Part shown: in pieces, positions 61,821 through 64,000 of the stretch
Position numbering within the stretch: the first letter of the stretch is position 1
How the letters are laid out: the number at the start of each line of letters is the position of its first letter
Assembly (NCBI GenBank): GCA_031550725.1
Contig: JAVBOH010000006.1
Location: 56,763 to 120,762, forward strand
Direction of reading: 5' to 3'
Origin: Oscillospiraceae bacterium
GTDB lineage: Bacteria > Bacillota > Clostridia > Oscillospirales > Ruminococcaceae
DNA length: 64,000 bases
The notes under the pieces: generated by a model
The model's input: the letters and a program-made list of their open reading frames with translations, nothing else
The model's database searches: none
Told to the model about the DNA's origin: nothing
Program-made: the position numbers and the translations under genes

Positions 61821-62798
61821 ATGAAAAATGTATTAGTAATGGGTGGAAGTTACTTTATTGGCAAGAAAATCGTTGATTTTTTGAAGCATGATGGTTATAA
61901 TATTTCTATTCTTAATCGTGGGACAAAAATTGTAAATGATCCTATGATAACCCAGATAAAATGCAATAGATATGATTTTGATATGATGAAAAATGCATTA
62001 AAAGATAAGCAATTTGAAATAGTAATTGACGTAAGCTGTTTATGCAGCGAGCAAGCCAAAATACTAACACAAGCATTAGATACACAAGTTCTCGAAAAGC
62101 TTATTTTTATTAGTTCAAGTGCTGTTTATAAAATTGACGACCTAAAAGCACCATTTGCTGAAACAGATTTATTAGGCGTAAATAGTTTTTGGTATGATTA
62201 TGGCACAAACAAGATAGAGGCTGAAGATTATTATAAGGAATATATAAACAGTACAAAAGCAAGCCTTGTAATTTTACGACCACCATATGTTTATGGAGAA
62301 AACAATTATGCACAGCGAGAAAGCTTTATTTTTGAGCATATCACAAATAATCAGCCTGTGATAATTCCAAAATCAAATTGTTGTTTGCAGTTTATTTATA
62401 CTGGAGATATTGCAAAAATTATTACAACGCTACTTTTGAATGAGCAATCAGATAAAATTAATATTTACAATGTTGGTAATAGTAGAGCTGTTACTGCAAG
62501 AGAGTGGGTTGAGTTTTGTTGTAAAGTAACGAATAAAAGCATTGATATAATTGAGTATGATTACTTTTCAGTAGGACGTTACGTAAGAGATTTTTTTCCG
62601 TTTCCTGATTATGATAATATTTTAAATGTTGACAAAATCAAGTCAATTTATAGTGACGAAACAGATTTTACTACTGGTTTAAAAGCTGCTTATGATTGGT
62701 TTTTAAACAACAGGAGTGAAATAAAATTCAAAGATAATGTTACTTTAAATGAAAAGTCTATTCTGTCCGAATTGGGTTTGTCAAATACTAATGATTAG
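61821..62798 (+). CDS. NAD-dependent epimerase/dehydratase (SDR family)
   Basis: MKNVLVMGGSYFIGKKIV Rossmann N-terminus; YxxxK. Confidence 0.75.
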   Translation: MKNVLVMGGSYFIGKKIVDFLKHDGYNISILNRGTKIVNDPMITQIKCNRYDFDMMKNALKDKQFEIVIDVSCLCSEQAKILTQALDTQVLEKLIFISSSAVYKIDDLKAPFAETDLLGVNSFWYDYGTNKIEAEDYYKEYINSTKASLVILRPPYVYGENNYAQRESFIFEHITNNQPVIIPKSNCCLQFIYTGDIAKIITTLLLNEQSDKINIYNVGNSRAVTAREWVEFCCKVTNKSIDIIEYDYFSVGRYVRDFFPFPDYDNILNVDKIKSIYSDETDFTTGLKAAYDWFLNNRSEIKFKDNVTLNEKSILSELGLSNTND

Positions 62799-62808
62799 AG
62801 AGTGCAAA

Positions 62809-63612
62809 ATGAAAAATATAATATTTATTGAGGGTGTATCAGGAGTTGGCAAAACAACAGCGGTATATGTATTGAATGAGCAATTAAGCAGGCTTGGATA
62901 TAAAGTAGGTTATCATATTGAGGGTGATGCATACAGTCCACTAGATTTATGTTGGACTGCATACTTGACAAAATCGGAGTATGAAAATTTATTGGAACAT
63001 TATTCAGAATATGCTGATGAAATGTCACGAAATATTGTCTATCAAGGTGAATATTATCTAGTCAGATACAAGATTGGATTGACTGGACTATATTCAGATG
63101 AACTTAATAATGAACTTCACAAACATGAATTTTGCTATAATCCAACAAATGTTGCTCCATTATCAAAATTCACAGAAGTATTCACAAATTTATGGCAATG
63201 TTTTGCTGATAGTGATTTAACAGGGTATGATTATATGATATTTGATGCTTCACTTGTGAGCCATATGACAAGTGATTTGCTTCGTAATTATAATGCTTCT
63301 GAAAGTGAAATGCTTATACATTTACAATCATTATTAAAAATAATATATCCATTAAATCCGATTGTATTTTATCTTTCATCGGATAATGTTCGTGAACGGT
63401 TAATTAATGCACGAATAAGTCGTAATCAATCAGTATTGACCGATGAAAAAATAGCCTTTTGGGAGAAACGCAAGCAAATGGATTTGTCAATACTTCCAAA
63501 ACTTGATGTCGAAACACATATGATGGATATTTCAAATGATAGCTGGAATACTGCTATAAATGAAATTGTAAAAACAGTTATAAGTTTAAATGACAATTCA
63601 ATGCAAAGTTGA
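62809..63612 (+). CDS. P-loop kinase, paralogous in fold to the 59799 gene
   Basis: Walker A GVSGVGKTTA; LID-like RERLINARISRN. Confidence 0.6.
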   Translation: MKNIIFIEGVSGVGKTTAVYVLNEQLSRLGYKVGYHIEGDAYSPLDLCWTAYLTKSEYENLLEHYSEYADEMSRNIVYQGEYYLVRYKIGLTGLYSDELNNELHKHEFCYNPTNVAPLSKFTEVFTNLWQCFADSDLTGYDYMIFDASLVSHMTSDLLRNYNASESEMLIHLQSLLKIIYPLNPIVFYLSSDNVRERLINARISRNQSVLTDEKIAFWEKRKQMDLSILPKLDVETHMMDISNDSWNTAINEIVKTVISLNDNSMQS

Positions 63613-63630
63613 GTTTATAAATAAAATCAA

Positions 63631-63656
63631 CCTGATCGTAAAAACTTACGATCAGG
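63631..63656. terminator. hairpin terminator
   Basis: CCTGATCGTAA-AAAC-TTACGATCAGG; U-rich on the minus-strand side. Confidence 0.5.
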
Positions 63657-63701
63657 TCTGTTGTAAAAGTCACTTAAATGAAATATTATATAATTATTCA
63701 A

Positions 63702-63843
63702 ATGCAAGATTTTTGAGCATGTATGCGGAAATGCCTTGCACTTACAAAATGATTTTCGTAGAAAATTATTTTGTAAGCAGACGTAAATCAAGTAGTACGT
63801 TGAAAAAATAACATAATTGTTCAGTACGCATTATTTAGTAAAT
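63702..63843. repeat. copy C of the intergenic repeat family
   Basis: atgcaagatttttgagcatgtatgcggaaatgccttgcac .. gacgtaaatcaagtagtacg .. gttcagtacgcattatttagta; abuts the stop of the minus-strand partial gene. Confidence 0.65.
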
Positions 63844-64000
63844 TAACTCATTATTGTTTTATTACTATCCAAAAGATATTTACTTAATTTCTCAAGTAAT
63901 ACTTCAGGGTAAACGGGTTTTGGGAGATGGTCATTCATGCCACATTTCAAGCATTTATCAATATCTTCTTTGAAAACATTAGCTGTCATTGCAACAATCG
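63844..64000 (-). CDS. partial CDS: C-terminal receiver domain of a (hybrid) sensor kinase or response regulator
   Basis: Minus-strand translation ..IVAMTANVFKEDIDKCLKCGMNDHLPKPVYPEVLLEKLSKYL.. (REC alpha4-beta5-alpha5, conserved KP); runs off the window. Confidence 0.6.

Overview
This is a low-GC (~35%) Firmicutes/Clostridia-type chromosomal segment, mostly housekeeping. I found no transposase, integrase, CRISPR array, rRNA or tRNA. Recognisable genes, in order: lepA-hemW, PPi-phosphofructokinase, secDF, glyQS, an acyl-CoA ligase, queA-[TIM barrel]-tgt, a lysine riboswitch driving asd-[GNAT]-dapA-dapB, htrA, an ABC-F ATPase, a topo-IV-like parE-[PPP phosphoesterase]-parC operon, prmA, manA-glcK, ilvD, a LacI-regulated sugar ABC transporter, trpS, an aminotransferase, the sporulation-neighbourhood block spoVB-like flippase/mazG/hup/yabO, a TIGR01212 radical SAM gene, mgtE, floT-nfeD, several regulators (XRE, DtxR-like, ANTAR pseudo-receiver, REC-HPt), and a terminal cluster of two P-loop kinases, a GNAT, a FEN-type exonuclease and an SDR epimerase. 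The observations I rate most worth follow-up are: (1) a non-coding ~100-150 bp repeat family present three times in convergent intergenic regions, always abutting the 3' end of a minus-strand gene; (2) a xylose-isomerase-like TIM-barrel gene tightly embedded between queA and tgt; (3) a PPP-family phosphoesterase inserted between the parE and parC homologues; (4) an mgtE leader with a consensus promoter, a 26-codon uORF and an SD-sequestering hairpin but no recognisable M-box; (5) a pair of proteins sharing an amphipathic N-terminal module, one of them built from tandem ~20-aa repeats; and (6) an SSAT/thialysine-acetyltransferase-like GNAT inside the lysine-riboswitch-controlled asd-dapAB operon. 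Coordinates of non-ORF features were read by eye and may be off by a few bases.
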